Shown piece by piece: positions 10,101 to 18,058 of a stretch of DNA of 40,288 bases. The stretch lies in the sequence record SRR20825006_1153. The stretch is one strand, 5' to 3'. Below the pieces are notes generated by a model that saw nothing but the letters and a program-made list of their open reading frames with translations, was not told the origin of the DNA and ran no database searches. The translations under genes and the position numbers were made by a program. How positions within the stretch are numbered: the first letter of the stretch is position 1; each line of letters opens with the position of its first letter.

Positions 10101-10169
10101 CAGGCAAGCAGCACCCATCAAATTTTGCCATTTAGAAAATGTCATATGCGCTTTGCCCGCGTCTTTCAT
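7131..10169 (-). CDS. large periplasmic TPR protein of the flagellar motor operon (MotK/FssB-like)
   Basis: Signal peptide (..TAPAVFAQ), beta-rich N-terminal domains, acidic linker and long helical TPR region; last gene of the fliL-fliM-motE-motB operon. Start is uncertain (10169, 10145 or 10118). Confidence 0.7.
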   Translation of the reverse strand: MKDAGKAHMTFSKWQNLMGAACLSFTIVTAPAVFAQSTASQVVVQGAQQSNAARLVFPLPRTIGYSVNKQGSELTVRFEADVELDFSAILASPLQQATNPRVSKQGGNTIVTLDVPADAGPRDFWSGQYLVIDIYSTGAARTQSAENMAPSAENADEEATTEPLQESDTPSDEASQDAEVEPIEEVSTDDAPASPVTADPDEPVVQPKVFSGIDIQGVTAFSPDDKVVSVSVSEVDTGIQLRFGWPEEVGAAAFERGGYLWIVFDQPYKFDPGGLRMGQSIIKDRIRAVELQDNSDALVMRLGVKNGQSFVVERDVNDWLISLKDTPTKPRFPLEPTRQAEGVQGQQIFVPATDIGRKIDVEDPAVGDFLVVLPMLGEGRGMAQEFSYASSQLLETAQGVVVMPKSDFVDVERFRDGIAIRSAGNNILSATKLSRDTGLSQAARDEQFSRLIDFDAWRIGEPWEYRKNKSRLLYELSLQPLSDRNAARWKLARFYIAHGRAAEAIGVLDRMLDEDPLLAQNSEYLAVRGVANFKQGRLEAASVDLSNKGLEAEQDAELWRVLVAEALGQYDAALEHYRRGKDVMGTYDDFDRAEIQLAVVRAALELDSLELALRELDLLNGLDLSDEQLAESVFQSARIAARQGQMDAALAQFDDLTDVPYRWIAARARYARTTQNLTNGDITKEQAIDQLERLRFAWRGARFEAQLLDDLADLYFDTEQYELGLEVLRQGVSYFPELARDRQMISRSASMFRELFLEGKADVLTPISAISLYYKFRDLTPLGAEGDLMIRRLADRLVSVDLLDRAAELLEYQVRVRTEGAGRALIAANLAKIYILNRQPTKALEIMRATREPRLPEDIDATRRHVETRALIELSRYEEAEVLLEGDRSREADQLKADIYWSSKAWSKASATIRQLLGDGWRRNEALDPLERLNLIRLTIALTFMEDRAGLIEMRRRYGSQMRAGDFANAFDLLTNDQELSGRELGAIAGQIASVEKLQSFMRDYRSDFSGR

Positions 10170-10860
10170 TTATGAGTACGATATCGATGCGCTCAGCCCA
10201 TTCAATGCGACTTTGTGTGGAGAGACTTTGGCTCAACTCTGCATTTCTCGTATCCGCATAACCAAGAACTGTAATGGGTTGCAAATAGCCCGAGTCAGCT
10301 AATGCGCCGGCCACCACACGGGCCCGTGTCATGGATAGCTCCCAATTTGAGCGGAACAGGCCGTTCGAAACCGGTGCTCCATCTGTATGGGCTGTAACCT
10401 GCATTCTGTTCCTGATCTGAACCAGCGCACCCGCCAACTGTCGCATCGCCCGCGCTGCGTCAGGTGCCAGAACAGCTTTTTTACGCTCGAACATAAGGCT
10501 CGCGGGCAGAGAAATAACAACCGTATCTGCCCGCCGATACACCTCCGCGCCTTGAAACAACGGCATCTGCTTTAATTGCCGGGACAGAAGAGATTCTAAA
10601 TACGACAGGTTAAGCCCGGTAATACTTTTCGTCATCAGCGAAGCAGGAGCGTCATGCCGGACAGGATCAACAGTAGGCCGCAAAGGATTAAACTCCTCTG
10701 ACATCGTATGCACGACAGCCTTCCAGCTCTCGAAAGTCACCGTGTTCATTGAGAACACCAACACAAAAAAGGTCAGCACCAACGACAGAAGGTCTGCGAA
10801 TGTGAGAAGCCATGGTGCTGAGGTCGAATGCTTCTGCTTAGGCCTGTGACGAGTTAGCAT
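10132..10860 (-). CDS. motB: flagellar stator protein MotB (OmpA-like PG-binding domain)
   Basis: TM segment WLLTFADLLSLVLTFFVLVFSM carries the conserved Asp; HTD..P and SNWELSMTRA..VA motifs are present. Confidence 0.85.
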   Translation of the reverse strand: MLTRHRPKQKHSTSAPWLLTFADLLSLVLTFFVLVFSMNTVTFESWKAVVHTMSEEFNPLRPTVDPVRHDAPASLMTKSITGLNLSYLESLLSRQLKQMPLFQGAEVYRRADTVVISLPASLMFERKKAVLAPDAARAMRQLAGALVQIRNRMQVTAHTDGAPVSNGLFRSNWELSMTRARVVAGALADSGYLQPITVLGYADTRNAELSQSLSTQSRIEWAERIDIVLINERRGQSAYDIF

Positions 10861-11537
10861 CAGCGCTCTCCCCCCACAGGGGTTACCGTTCCTTGAGGTG
10901 GGACAGACCTGAACACCGCCAGAATTTCACCCTCAGGAATGGCGGCAAACCCGGTTGTAAAACTTCCTTCATCAACCCCATTCTCAATGAGATAGCGCGC
11001 TAGCGACCCTGCCCTGCGCACCGCCACTTCTTGCGGTCTTGTCATTTCTGCATCAACAGGCCCCTGGCCGACACCAAACATTATGGCTAGTTCTTGCCGC
11101 CACCCACCTGATGACTGACCAAGCCCGCCGACCAGTTGGTTTAGAAACGGATGGATATCAGGCCTTACACGAAAAGAGCCCGCTGGAAACAGGTAGTCTT
11201 CCGGGAACTGAACCTCGAACGTATTCCCACCCTGATTAGAGAAACGGCCCTCAAGGTTAAATTCTGCAAAGAAGGCGCGCTGGAAACCCTGCAGCACAGG
11301 ATCATTTGACGCGGCCTCCACAGCCCTGGGGTCAATATCCTCGCGCTTGTTGGGAACCTCGGGTTGAAACGTCGTGTTGACACTCTCCATCGCCGCAGCC
11401 GCGCGAGACGCTGCATGCTGCGAGGTGGAGGTCAGGACAATAAAAAACGCGAGCAAAATCAGGTAGAGAGCGACAAACAAACCAAGTGTGTTGTCGCTCC
11501 CAAAAATTTTTCTGCTCTGATCGTTTTCTATAAACAT
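10860..11537 (-). CDS. MotB-like protein lacking the ion-conducting Asp
   Basis: N-terminal TM LFVALYLILLAFFIVLTSTS followed by a degenerate OmpA/MotB-like domain (F.EDYLF..G, A.RRA.SLARYL...G); 1-bp overlap with motB. Confidence 0.65.
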   Translation of the reverse strand: MFIENDQSRKIFGSDNTLGLFVALYLILLAFFIVLTSTSQHAASRAAAAMESVNTTFQPEVPNKREDIDPRAVEAASNDPVLQGFQRAFFAEFNLEGRFSNQGGNTFEVQFPEDYLFPAGSFRVRPDIHPFLNQLVGGLGQSSGGWRQELAIMFGVGQGPVDAEMTRPQEVAVRRAGSLARYLIENGVDEGSFTTGFAAIPEGEILAVFRSVPPQGTVTPVGGER

Positions 11538-11563
11538 CGCTGCCTGATCAATAACCTCAAAAC

Positions 11564-12235
11564 TTAGTCAAAGCTTGCGAGGATTGCATCGATTTCCGCC
11601 TGACTATTGCCTTCACCTTCCAACTGTGGGCCATGAAGCAGGTCTGTATCGTCCGCAGCAATTCCTTCGTCGTCACGTTCAATTTCTTCTTCAGGCTCGA
11701 TATAATCGTCACCGATTGCATCGGCCAAGGCGTTCAGGCGCTCCTCGAGATGCCCAAGTGTCCGCATAACCTTGGTAATGCGTTGGCCCGTGAGATCCTG
11801 AAAACTTGAGGCCTGAAAAAGGTCAGTCGAAACCTGCGCCAACCGTTCCGAAGCATCGTCACCCATTTCTTCCGAAATCTGACCAACGGTTTCCGCCGCG
11901 TCCATGATGGTTTCTGCTGCTTCTTCAGTTGACTTAACGATAGCATCCAACTGCTCACCGGCATCCGGGATGTCCCGGTTGGAAAGCGATTTAGGCTGCA
12001 TGCCAACCAGCTCACTTTTTGCCGCGTTAATATAGGAAAGAAGCTCACGCAGCTCGCCCGCAATTTGGTCAATTTCCTCGTCGTGCGTCCGCCCTTTGAC
12101 AAGACTACCAACAACATTCGCGATCTCATCAATCGCGACATTGTCGCCCCTGTCCTGGCGTAGCGCCTTAGCCCTCTGTTCCAGGCTTACAACTGCTGCC
12201 TGTTTTACCATTCCTACAAACTCCTCCGCCCCCAA
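11564..12235 (-). CDS. cheZ: chemotaxis phosphatase CheZ family (alphaproteobacterial type)
   Basis: QLDAIVKSTEEAAETIMDAAE, SFQDLTGQRITKV catalytic motif and C-terminal LLHGPQ..SQAEIDAIL. The start may be ATG 12211. Confidence 0.85.
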   Translation of the reverse strand: MGAEEFVGMVKQAAVVSLEQRAKALRQDRGDNVAIDEIANVVGSLVKGRTHDEEIDQIAGELRELLSYINAAKSELVGMQPKSLSNRDIPDAGEQLDAIVKSTEEAAETIMDAAETVGQISEEMGDDASERLAQVSTDLFQASSFQDLTGQRITKVMRTLGHLEERLNALADAIGDDYIEPEEEIERDDEGIAADDTDLLHGPQLEGEGNSQAEIDAILASFD

Positions 12236-12264
12236 AGTAAGTTATCTAGTAATCACCCTGCGCC

Positions 12265-12954
12265 TTAGTTGCCCTCGTTATTCAAATCCTGAATACGAGG
12301 CGGCTGCGCGAGTGTTGCAAGCTCTGTCGTCAAAATGCTGGCTGCCTGCGGAGACATTTCCCCCATCAACGCTGCCACTTTTGAAGGCTTCATTTTTGAA
12401 ACCAGATCAATCTGTGTTTGCAGTGCTAGCGCCTCAAATCTCGGAGCAGCATCCTTCGGCTTCATCGTCTCATAAACCTTCACGATGTCTTGTAGCTTCT
12501 GATCTTCCGCAGTCTCGAAAATACGCAAATGCTCCTTGATCCGCGTTTCCAGAACTTCAAGTTGCTGGATTTTGTCGTTGATACGTTTTTCCGTGCTTGC
12601 GAGAAGCTGTTCCTGCAAATCTAGCTGCGTTTCCCGACGCTCAAGTTCCTGTCGCCGCTCCCGCAACTGGGTAATCAGTTCCATTTCTTCGTTGCTTGGA
12701 AGGCCAACCACCAATGGCTGTCGCGGGCGTTCTTGAGGCGCGGCATTCGTTTCAGTCTGTGCCTGACCATTATCCGTCGCTGCTTGCGCGTCAGCACTTT
12801 CACTGCTGTCGCCCTCTTGTTCCTGTGCGCTGGCAGGCCCAATCAGAAGGCTATACCCCGTATAAAGGTTGATGCCTCTGACCCCGAGCGCAACAAACGC
12901 AAACAAAATCAGAAGGGGAAAAATGCGTACCCTGCTCAGAACTGCGTTACTCAT
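12265..12954 (-). CDS. motE: MotE family motility protein (coiled coil + MgtE_N-like domain)
   Basis: N-terminal TM/signal, coiled coil LRERRQELERRE..L, and LQDIVKVYETMKPKDAA..F...MKP.KVAALMGEM.P motif. Confidence 0.8.
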   Translation of the reverse strand: MSNAVLSRVRIFPLLILFAFVALGVRGINLYTGYSLLIGPASAQEQEGDSSESADAQAATDNGQAQTETNAAPQERPRQPLVVGLPSNEEMELITQLRERRQELERRETQLDLQEQLLASTEKRINDKIQQLEVLETRIKEHLRIFETAEDQKLQDIVKVYETMKPKDAAPRFEALALQTQIDLVSKMKPSKVAALMGEMSPQAASILTTELATLAQPPRIQDLNNEGN

Positions 12955-12994
12955 TTCATCTTTCCTTCAACATAAGTGGGGCACATCAAGCGCC

Positions 12995-13411
12995 TCACCT
13001 GGCTTCCCTTAGGGCTGCCAATATTTGCTGCTGTTGCTTGCTGCTTGCTTTTTTAGCTGGCGCATCCTCTGGTTCGGCCTTTGCTGTGGTACCCGTAAGG
13101 CCACGCTCAATTCGGTCAGCAAGATTGTTGCCAGCTTCAGTAATCATGCCAAGCTCATCGGCCAAAGAGCCAGCCTTCTGAACCTGGCTTTGCAAGCGTT
13201 CTTCAACATCCACAGCCGATTGCTTAAGGCCCGCGACACTTTTTTGTGCGTCCTGAACAGCGCGGTTAAGGTCATCCACCAGCGTCCTTAGCTGTGCCTG
13301 CCCTTCCCGGATTGTCCCCAAGCGACGGTAAACAATGATCGACACCGTGATCGAGGAGATCAGCAAGAGCGCCAGCACACCATCAACTATCATTTCAGAC
13401 ACGAGATCCAT
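12995..13411 (-). CDS. PflI-like (DUF6468) single-TM coiled-coil flagellar protein
   Basis: N-terminal TM, then RRL..IR.G..QL..L...L..A...A heptads and LADELGMITEAGNNLADRIE; lies directly after fliM, as Caulobacter pflI does. Confidence 0.65.
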   Translation of the reverse strand: MDLVSEMIVDGVLALLLISSITVSIIVYRRLGTIREGQAQLRTLVDDLNRAVQDAQKSVAGLKQSAVDVEERLQSQVQKAGSLADELGMITEAGNNLADRIERGLTGTTAKAEPEDAPAKKASSKQQQQILAALREAR

Positions 13412-13420
13412 TCAATCGCC

Positions 13421-14563
13421 TTAATAGCTGTTTTCATCTGTTGGGTTCAGGCGCTCAGCCGTTTGCCTGACCTGAACAGCCACATGTTGCCCGGCTCGGC
13501 CAATCGCACCGCTCACCATCGGCACGTCACCGCATTTTAACACAACTTCGTCATTAGGAGTTTTATTAAACAAAATGGTCTGACCTATCTCTAGGTTCAT
13601 CACATCCCTGAGTGACATTGTTGTTTCATCCATGATGGCATGGAGGTCTACGTCAGCCCGCCAAAGCTCGGTTGCCAAGTGGGTTTCCCATATAGAATCC
13701 CGGCCAAACTTCTCGCCCATGAAGCGCTGCAGCAGCAGTTCGCGAACGGGCTCAAGAGTAGCGTAAGGGAACAGCACCTCAAGCCGCCCGCCCCTGTCTT
13801 CCATATCAACCCGAAGCTTGATCAGGATCGCGGCATTAGGAGGCCGTGCGATTGTCGCAAAACGTGGGTTGGTTTCAAGGCGGTCAAAGGTAAAGTTCAC
13901 TGGGCTGAGCGGCTCAAATGCGCCGCACATATCTTTAAGCACCACCGAGATCATGCGTTCCACGAGCGTCTGCTCAATCGTAGTATAGGGCCGACCCTCG
14001 ATCCGCATTGCGGCTGTACCGCGCCTGCCGCCGAGAAGAACGTCCACAATAGAATAAATGAGGCTGGAATCGATGGTCATCAGACCATAGTTGTCCCATT
14101 CCTCCGCCCGGAACACCGCCAGCATTGCAGGAAGTGGGATAGAGTTCAGATAGTCACCGAACCGGACAGACGTGATATTGTCGAGTGATACCTCGATGTT
14201 ATCGGAGGTAAAGTTACGCAACGATGTCGACATCATCCGAACCATACGGTCGAAGATAATATCGAGCATCGGCAGACGCTCATAGGATACCAGCGCGCTA
14301 TTGATAAGCGCGTGGATGCCCGTCATCTCACCGGCATCACCATCACCGTCAAAACCTAGAAGGCTATCGATCTCGTCCTGATCAAGAACACGGCCGGGAG
14401 ACGGACCACCAGAGTCGTCTTCCTCCTCACCACCTGCCATTGCTTCCCATTCGGCCGCCATGGCATCCTGATCGGTGTCGTCGTCCTCTTCGCCGCCACC
14501 ACCAGCCATTGCTTCCCATTCGGCAGCAACTGCTTCGTCATCAATTTCTTCATCGTCAGCCAT
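13421..14563 (-). CDS. fliM: flagellar motor switch protein FliM
   Basis: RVLDQDEIDSLLG CheY-binding peptide, VSYERLPMLDIIFDR, RLETNPRFA and a C-terminal SpoA domain. Confidence 0.97.
   Translation of the reverse strand: MADDEEIDDEAVAAEWEAMAGGGGEEDDDTDQDAMAAEWEAMAGGEEEDDSGGPSPGRVLDQDEIDSLLGFDGDGDAGEMTGIHALINSALVSYERLPMLDIIFDRMVRMMSTSLRNFTSDNIEVSLDNITSVRFGDYLNSIPLPAMLAVFRAEEWDNYGLMTIDSSLIYSIVDVLLGGRRGTAAMRIEGRPYTTIEQTLVERMISVVLKDMCGAFEPLSPVNFTFDRLETNPRFATIARPPNAAILIKLRVDMEDRGGRLEVLFPYATLEPVRELLLQRFMGEKFGRDSIWETHLATELWRADVDLHAIMDETTMSLRDVMNLEIGQTILFNKTPNDEVVLKCGDVPMVSGAIGRAGQHVAVQVRQTAERLNPTDENSY
14436..14524. repeat. 20-bp direct repeat (69-bp period) encoding a duplicated AAEWEAMAGG motif in the FliM N-terminus
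   Basis: GCCATTGCTTCCCATTCGGC occurs at 14436-14455 and 14505-14524. Confidence 0.9.
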
Positions 14564-14589
14564 AGAAACCTCTCAGACGCTTTGTTCGA

Positions 14590-15156
14590 TCAGCCCTGAA
14601 CCAGAAATTCCTGGAACAACACATCCCTAACCCGCGTCGGTGCCACAGCCTGGTTGATCCGCATCAGCAGTTCTTCCTTAAGTCGGAAGATACCCGCCGC
14701 GCCATCCAGATCTTCCGGCCGCAACTCACGCATGTAGACGTTAAACTCATCAAGAATTCTTGGAAGTTTGGCATCAAGGTCCGCCTTATAGCTTTCTCTG
14801 TCTACTTCCAGCTGGATCTGAACGCGAAGGAAGCTCGAGCCCTGCCCGCCCGTATTCAAGTTATACTGCTGGGCCGGGATCACATAAAACAGTGTCTTGA
14901 GCTTCTCGGTCGGCACGTCTTGTTCAAGCTGCGCCTGATCACGCTTGTCAGCAGCGGCCTCCGCCATCTCATGAAGGTCAGCATCTTCATCCGGCGTATC
15001 GTCACCGCCCATGAAGGACATAATGCCAAGCCCTGCAAGTGCAGCCACAACCAAAGCCACAACGCCGATCACGACCTTCTTGCCGCTTACTTTCTTGCGC
15101 TCCAAGCCTTCGACGAGTTCTGCTTCCCCTAAGGTGTCTTCCATATTATCGGACAT
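14590..15156 (-). CDS. fliL: flagellar basal body protein FliL
   Basis: SGKK + TM, NLN....FLRVQIQLE, PRILDEFNVYMRELRPEDL.G.AGIFRLKEELL.RIN and VRDVLFQEFLVQ. Confidence 0.95.
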   Translation of the reverse strand: MSDNMEDTLGEAELVEGLERKKVSGKKVVIGVVALVVAALAGLGIMSFMGGDDTPDEDADLHEMAEAAADKRDQAQLEQDVPTEKLKTLFYVIPAQQYNLNTGGQGSSFLRVQIQLEVDRESYKADLDAKLPRILDEFNVYMRELRPEDLDGAAGIFRLKEELLMRINQAVAPTRVRDVLFQEFLVQG

Positions 15157-15253
15157 GAAATATCTATGACCTCTATCATTGCCTGATGAACACCGCAGCT
15201 AAACAACCCCGGTGACTTTATCCTGTGTTCAACTTTATCTTTATTTATACATA

Positions 15254-15269
15254 GTTAACAAGCCGTGAA
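15254..15269 (-). promoter_or_regulatory. putative CtrA box upstream of fliL (class II promoter)
   Basis: Minus strand TTCA-CGGCTTG-TTAAC, one mismatch to TTAA-N7-TTAAC, about 100 bp upstream of fliL. Confidence 0.6.
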
Positions 15270-15311
15270 ATCCCCGTAAAGAAATCAGACATAAAATTTC
15301 CCCCTACTGGT

Positions 15312-15402
15312 GGGCAAAACCAGCAAAGGCGGCAAAAAACTCGGTGCCAAAAGTTCCCCGCCCAAACCGTATATCTCGTCACACATCAATAATTCTTTGA
15401 TA
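15312..15402. promoter_or_regulatory. ftr-like (FlbD) enhancer elements plus IHF site upstream of flgF
   Basis: GGGCAAAACCAGCAA (15312), CGGCAAAAAACTCGG (15330), TGCCAAAAGTTCCCC (15345). Minus-strand TATCAAAGAATTA (15390-15402) matches WATCAA-N4-TTR. Confidence 0.55.
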
Positions 15403-15419
15403 TTATTGGAAAAAATTTC

Positions 15420-15435
15420 TGGCACGGTTCCTGCT
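15420..15435 (+). promoter_or_regulatory. sigma54 promoter of flgFGAH
   Basis: TGGCACGGTTCCTGCT, GG-N10-GC spacing. Confidence 0.8.
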
Positions 15436-15493
15436 TATTCTCCAGCAAACCAAATCTGCGCCAAGCAGAAGCTGCGAATGCAGGAGAAAAATT

Positions 15494-16240
15494 ATGGATA
15501 CCGCACTTTTTGTCGGGTTGGCACATAGAAGCGCACTGAAAAGGCGCATGGACGTTGTTGCACATAATATCGCAAATATGTCGACAACAGCCTTTAACAA
15601 AGAAAGAGTTGTATTCCGCCAGCATCTGATGGATGCGCCGGGTGCAGCAGCCACTACAGGTGGCAAAATCGCTTATGTGATGGATGCGGGTGTTACTCGC
15701 AACACAGACACAGGCAACATGATTTCATCCAATAATCCACTTGATGTCTTTATCAAGGGGCGCGGTTACCTTTCAGTAACGGCAAGTGATGGCCAGACGG
15801 TATATACCCGCAATGGCCGCATGATGGTCGACAAAGATGGCGAACTTTCTCTGCTTTCCGGTGAGAAAGTGCTCGACGAAAACGGGCAAACTATCCAGTT
15901 CGACGAAGAAGATGTCGACATTCACATCGCAACAGACGGTGCCATTTCCACCAACCAAGGTGAAAAAGGCAAACTTGGCCTCGTGTCCTTTGCCAACGAG
16001 CAGGGCATGAAACGGCGCGGTTCTTCTCTTTATGAGACTGACCAGGCGCCCCTGGCCCCGGAAAATGTGACCGATGTCTCGCTTCGCCCCAAGGCATTTG
16101 AAGGATCTAACGTAAACGCCATCGAAAGCATGGTTGAGATGATCGACGTGATGCGCGCCTACGAACGCGCTTCCAAAAACTCATCCGGCTATGAAGACAT
16201 GCGCAAGGACTCCCTCGACCGGCTTGCCCGCGTGCAATAA
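15494..16240 (+). CDS. flgF: flagellar basal-body rod protein FlgF
   Basis: MDVVAHNIANMST.AF, NPLDVFI.G.GY, YTRNG and EGSNVNAIESMVEMI; first gene before flgG. Confidence 0.93.
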   Translation: MDTALFVGLAHRSALKRRMDVVAHNIANMSTTAFNKERVVFRQHLMDAPGAAATTGGKIAYVMDAGVTRNTDTGNMISSNNPLDVFIKGRGYLSVTASDGQTVYTRNGRMMVDKDGELSLLSGEKVLDENGQTIQFDEEDVDIHIATDGAISTNQGEKGKLGLVSFANEQGMKRRGSSLYETDQAPLAPENVTDVSLRPKAFEGSNVNAIESMVEMIDVMRAYERASKNSSGYEDMRKDSLDRLARVQ

Positions 16241-16281
16241 CCGGCCCTGACGTAACGGGAAACTGAGGAAAGGATTGAAAG

Positions 16282-17067
16282 ATGAAAGCATTAAGCACAG
16301 CAGCGACGGGCATGCTCGCACAGCAGCTCAATATCGAGGTCATCTCGAACAACATCGCAAACATGAACACCACTGGCTTCAAACGCCAGCGGGCAGAGTT
16401 CCAGGATCTTTTGTACCAGAATATCGAGCGCGTTGGCGCCAGCTCATCTGACGCAGGCACGACGGTTCCAAGTGGTATTCAGGTTGGTGTCGGCGTACGT
16501 GCCGCAGGCGTATATCGCATTACGGACCAAGGAAGCCTTTCAAGCACGGGCAACCAATATGATGTTGCCATTAACGGGCGTGGGTTCTTCCAGATCCAGT
16601 TGCCTGACGGGCAGTCCGCCTACACACGGGCCGGCTCGTTCCAGGTTGACCAGGATGGTCGCCTCGTAACGCCAGAGGGCTACCCGGTTCAACCGCAAAT
16701 CGTAATCCCGCAGGATGCCGTTGATGTTTCCATCAACGAACAGGGCGTCGTATCTGTGAAGCAGGATGGCCAAACCAACCCGGCAGATATCGGTACATTT
16801 GACATGGTCACCTTCCCTAACGAAGTAGGCTTAGAAGCCATCGGTGGGAACATGTACCTTGAAAGCCAGGCATCTGGGGCCCCCAACGTGAGCCAAGCTG
16901 GCTTGCCAGGCTTCGGCAAGATCGTTCAGGGTTTCCTTGAGCAGTCCAATGTGAACGCGGTAGGTGAAATCACCTCCATGATCTCTGCACAGCGCGCTTA
17001 CGAGCTCAACTCCAAGGTCATCCAGACCTCCGATGAGATGCTCCAAGCAGCCAATAACCTTCGCTAA
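16282..17067 (+). CDS. flgG: flagellar distal rod protein FlgG
   Basis: MKALSTAATGMLAQQLNIEVISNNIANMNTTGFKRQRAEFQDLLYQ and AQRAYELNSKVIQTSDEML. Confidence 0.97.
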   Translation: MKALSTAATGMLAQQLNIEVISNNIANMNTTGFKRQRAEFQDLLYQNIERVGASSSDAGTTVPSGIQVGVGVRAAGVYRITDQGSLSSTGNQYDVAINGRGFFQIQLPDGQSAYTRAGSFQVDQDGRLVTPEGYPVQPQIVIPQDAVDVSINEQGVVSVKQDGQTNPADIGTFDMVTFPNEVGLEAIGGNMYLESQASGAPNVSQAGLPGFGKIVQGFLEQSNVNAVGEITSMISAQRAYELNSKVIQTSDEMLQAANNLR

Positions 17068-17076
17068 TAGGAGGAT

Positions 17077-18045
17077 ATGATGCAGAAGCTTAAACAAACA
17101 TACAAAAGGGCGGTGATCGCCGCCCTCATGTGCGGGGCTCTCGCACCTGCGGCGGTCGCACACGAGCTACGTGAGCAACTGTCTGTAATAGACCCTGTTA
17201 TCAAACTTGGTGATCTGTTCACAGATGCCGGGGCTGCGGCCGAGACAATTGTCATGGAAGCTCCAGCACCAGGTAAAGCTAAGCAACTGAGCTCATATGA
17301 GCTAGAGCGCATCGCAGAACAGTTCGAGTTGGATTGGGAACGCCCGACTTATCTGAAGCGTGTACGGGTTTACCGTGAAGGCAACAGCTTCTCCCTCGAT
17401 GACCTGTCAAATCTGGTTATGACCGAGATACAGCGGCAAGGCTTGTCAAGTGACGTGGAAATCCAGATTTACGGTCGGCGTACCGGCCTCTATTTGCCAG
17501 CGGACGCCACAGCCAATGACGTCGAGATCGAAAGCTTTGAAATGAGTGATCGCCGTGACCGTTTCAATGCGGTTGCCTTGATCCCAACAGGTGGCGTGGA
17601 GCCAGAGCGGCTCAGCATCTCTGGCCGGATTGAAGAGGTTCGCATGGTGCCAACCCTCAACCGTATCCTGACACCTGGTGAGGTTATTCGCTCCAGTGAC
17701 ATTGAGTGGACCAAATTTCCGGTGCGCCAGATCAATGCCCGTGTCGTGCTTGATCAGTCTGACCTTGTTGGCCTCGTGGTAAAACGGGCTATACGCCCAG
17801 GAAAAACACTGTTCTCCACTGACGTGGCGCTGCCAGTCGTCGTCGAGAAAGGCAGCATCGTTACGATGATAGTTAGCGCCGGCGCGCTTTCCCTAAGCGC
17901 CTCGGGCCGCGCACTTGAAAATGGCGGTAACGGTGACACCATCCGGGTGATGAATACCAAGTCCAAACAGACGGTTGACGCGAAAGTGCTCAACTCGGGC
18001 CAGGTACAGGTATCCAGCAATTCTTTAACGCTTGCCGCGATGTAA
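17077..18045 (+). CDS. flgA: P-ring chaperone FlgA
   Basis: Signal peptide, IKLGDLF, SAF domain and C-terminal G.ALENG..GDTIRVMNTKSKQTV.A.V; between flgG and flgH. Confidence 0.9.
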   Translation: MMQKLKQTYKRAVIAALMCGALAPAAVAHELREQLSVIDPVIKLGDLFTDAGAAAETIVMEAPAPGKAKQLSSYELERIAEQFELDWERPTYLKRVRVYREGNSFSLDDLSNLVMTEIQRQGLSSDVEIQIYGRRTGLYLPADATANDVEIESFEMSDRRDRFNAVALIPTGGVEPERLSISGRIEEVRMVPTLNRILTPGEVIRSSDIEWTKFPVRQINARVVLDQSDLVGLVVKRAIRPGKTLFSTDVALPVVVEKGSIVTMIVSAGALSLSASGRALENGGNGDTIRVMNTKSKQTVDAKVLNSGQVQVSSNSLTLAAM

Positions 18046-18058
18046 TGAGGAGGCAGCC

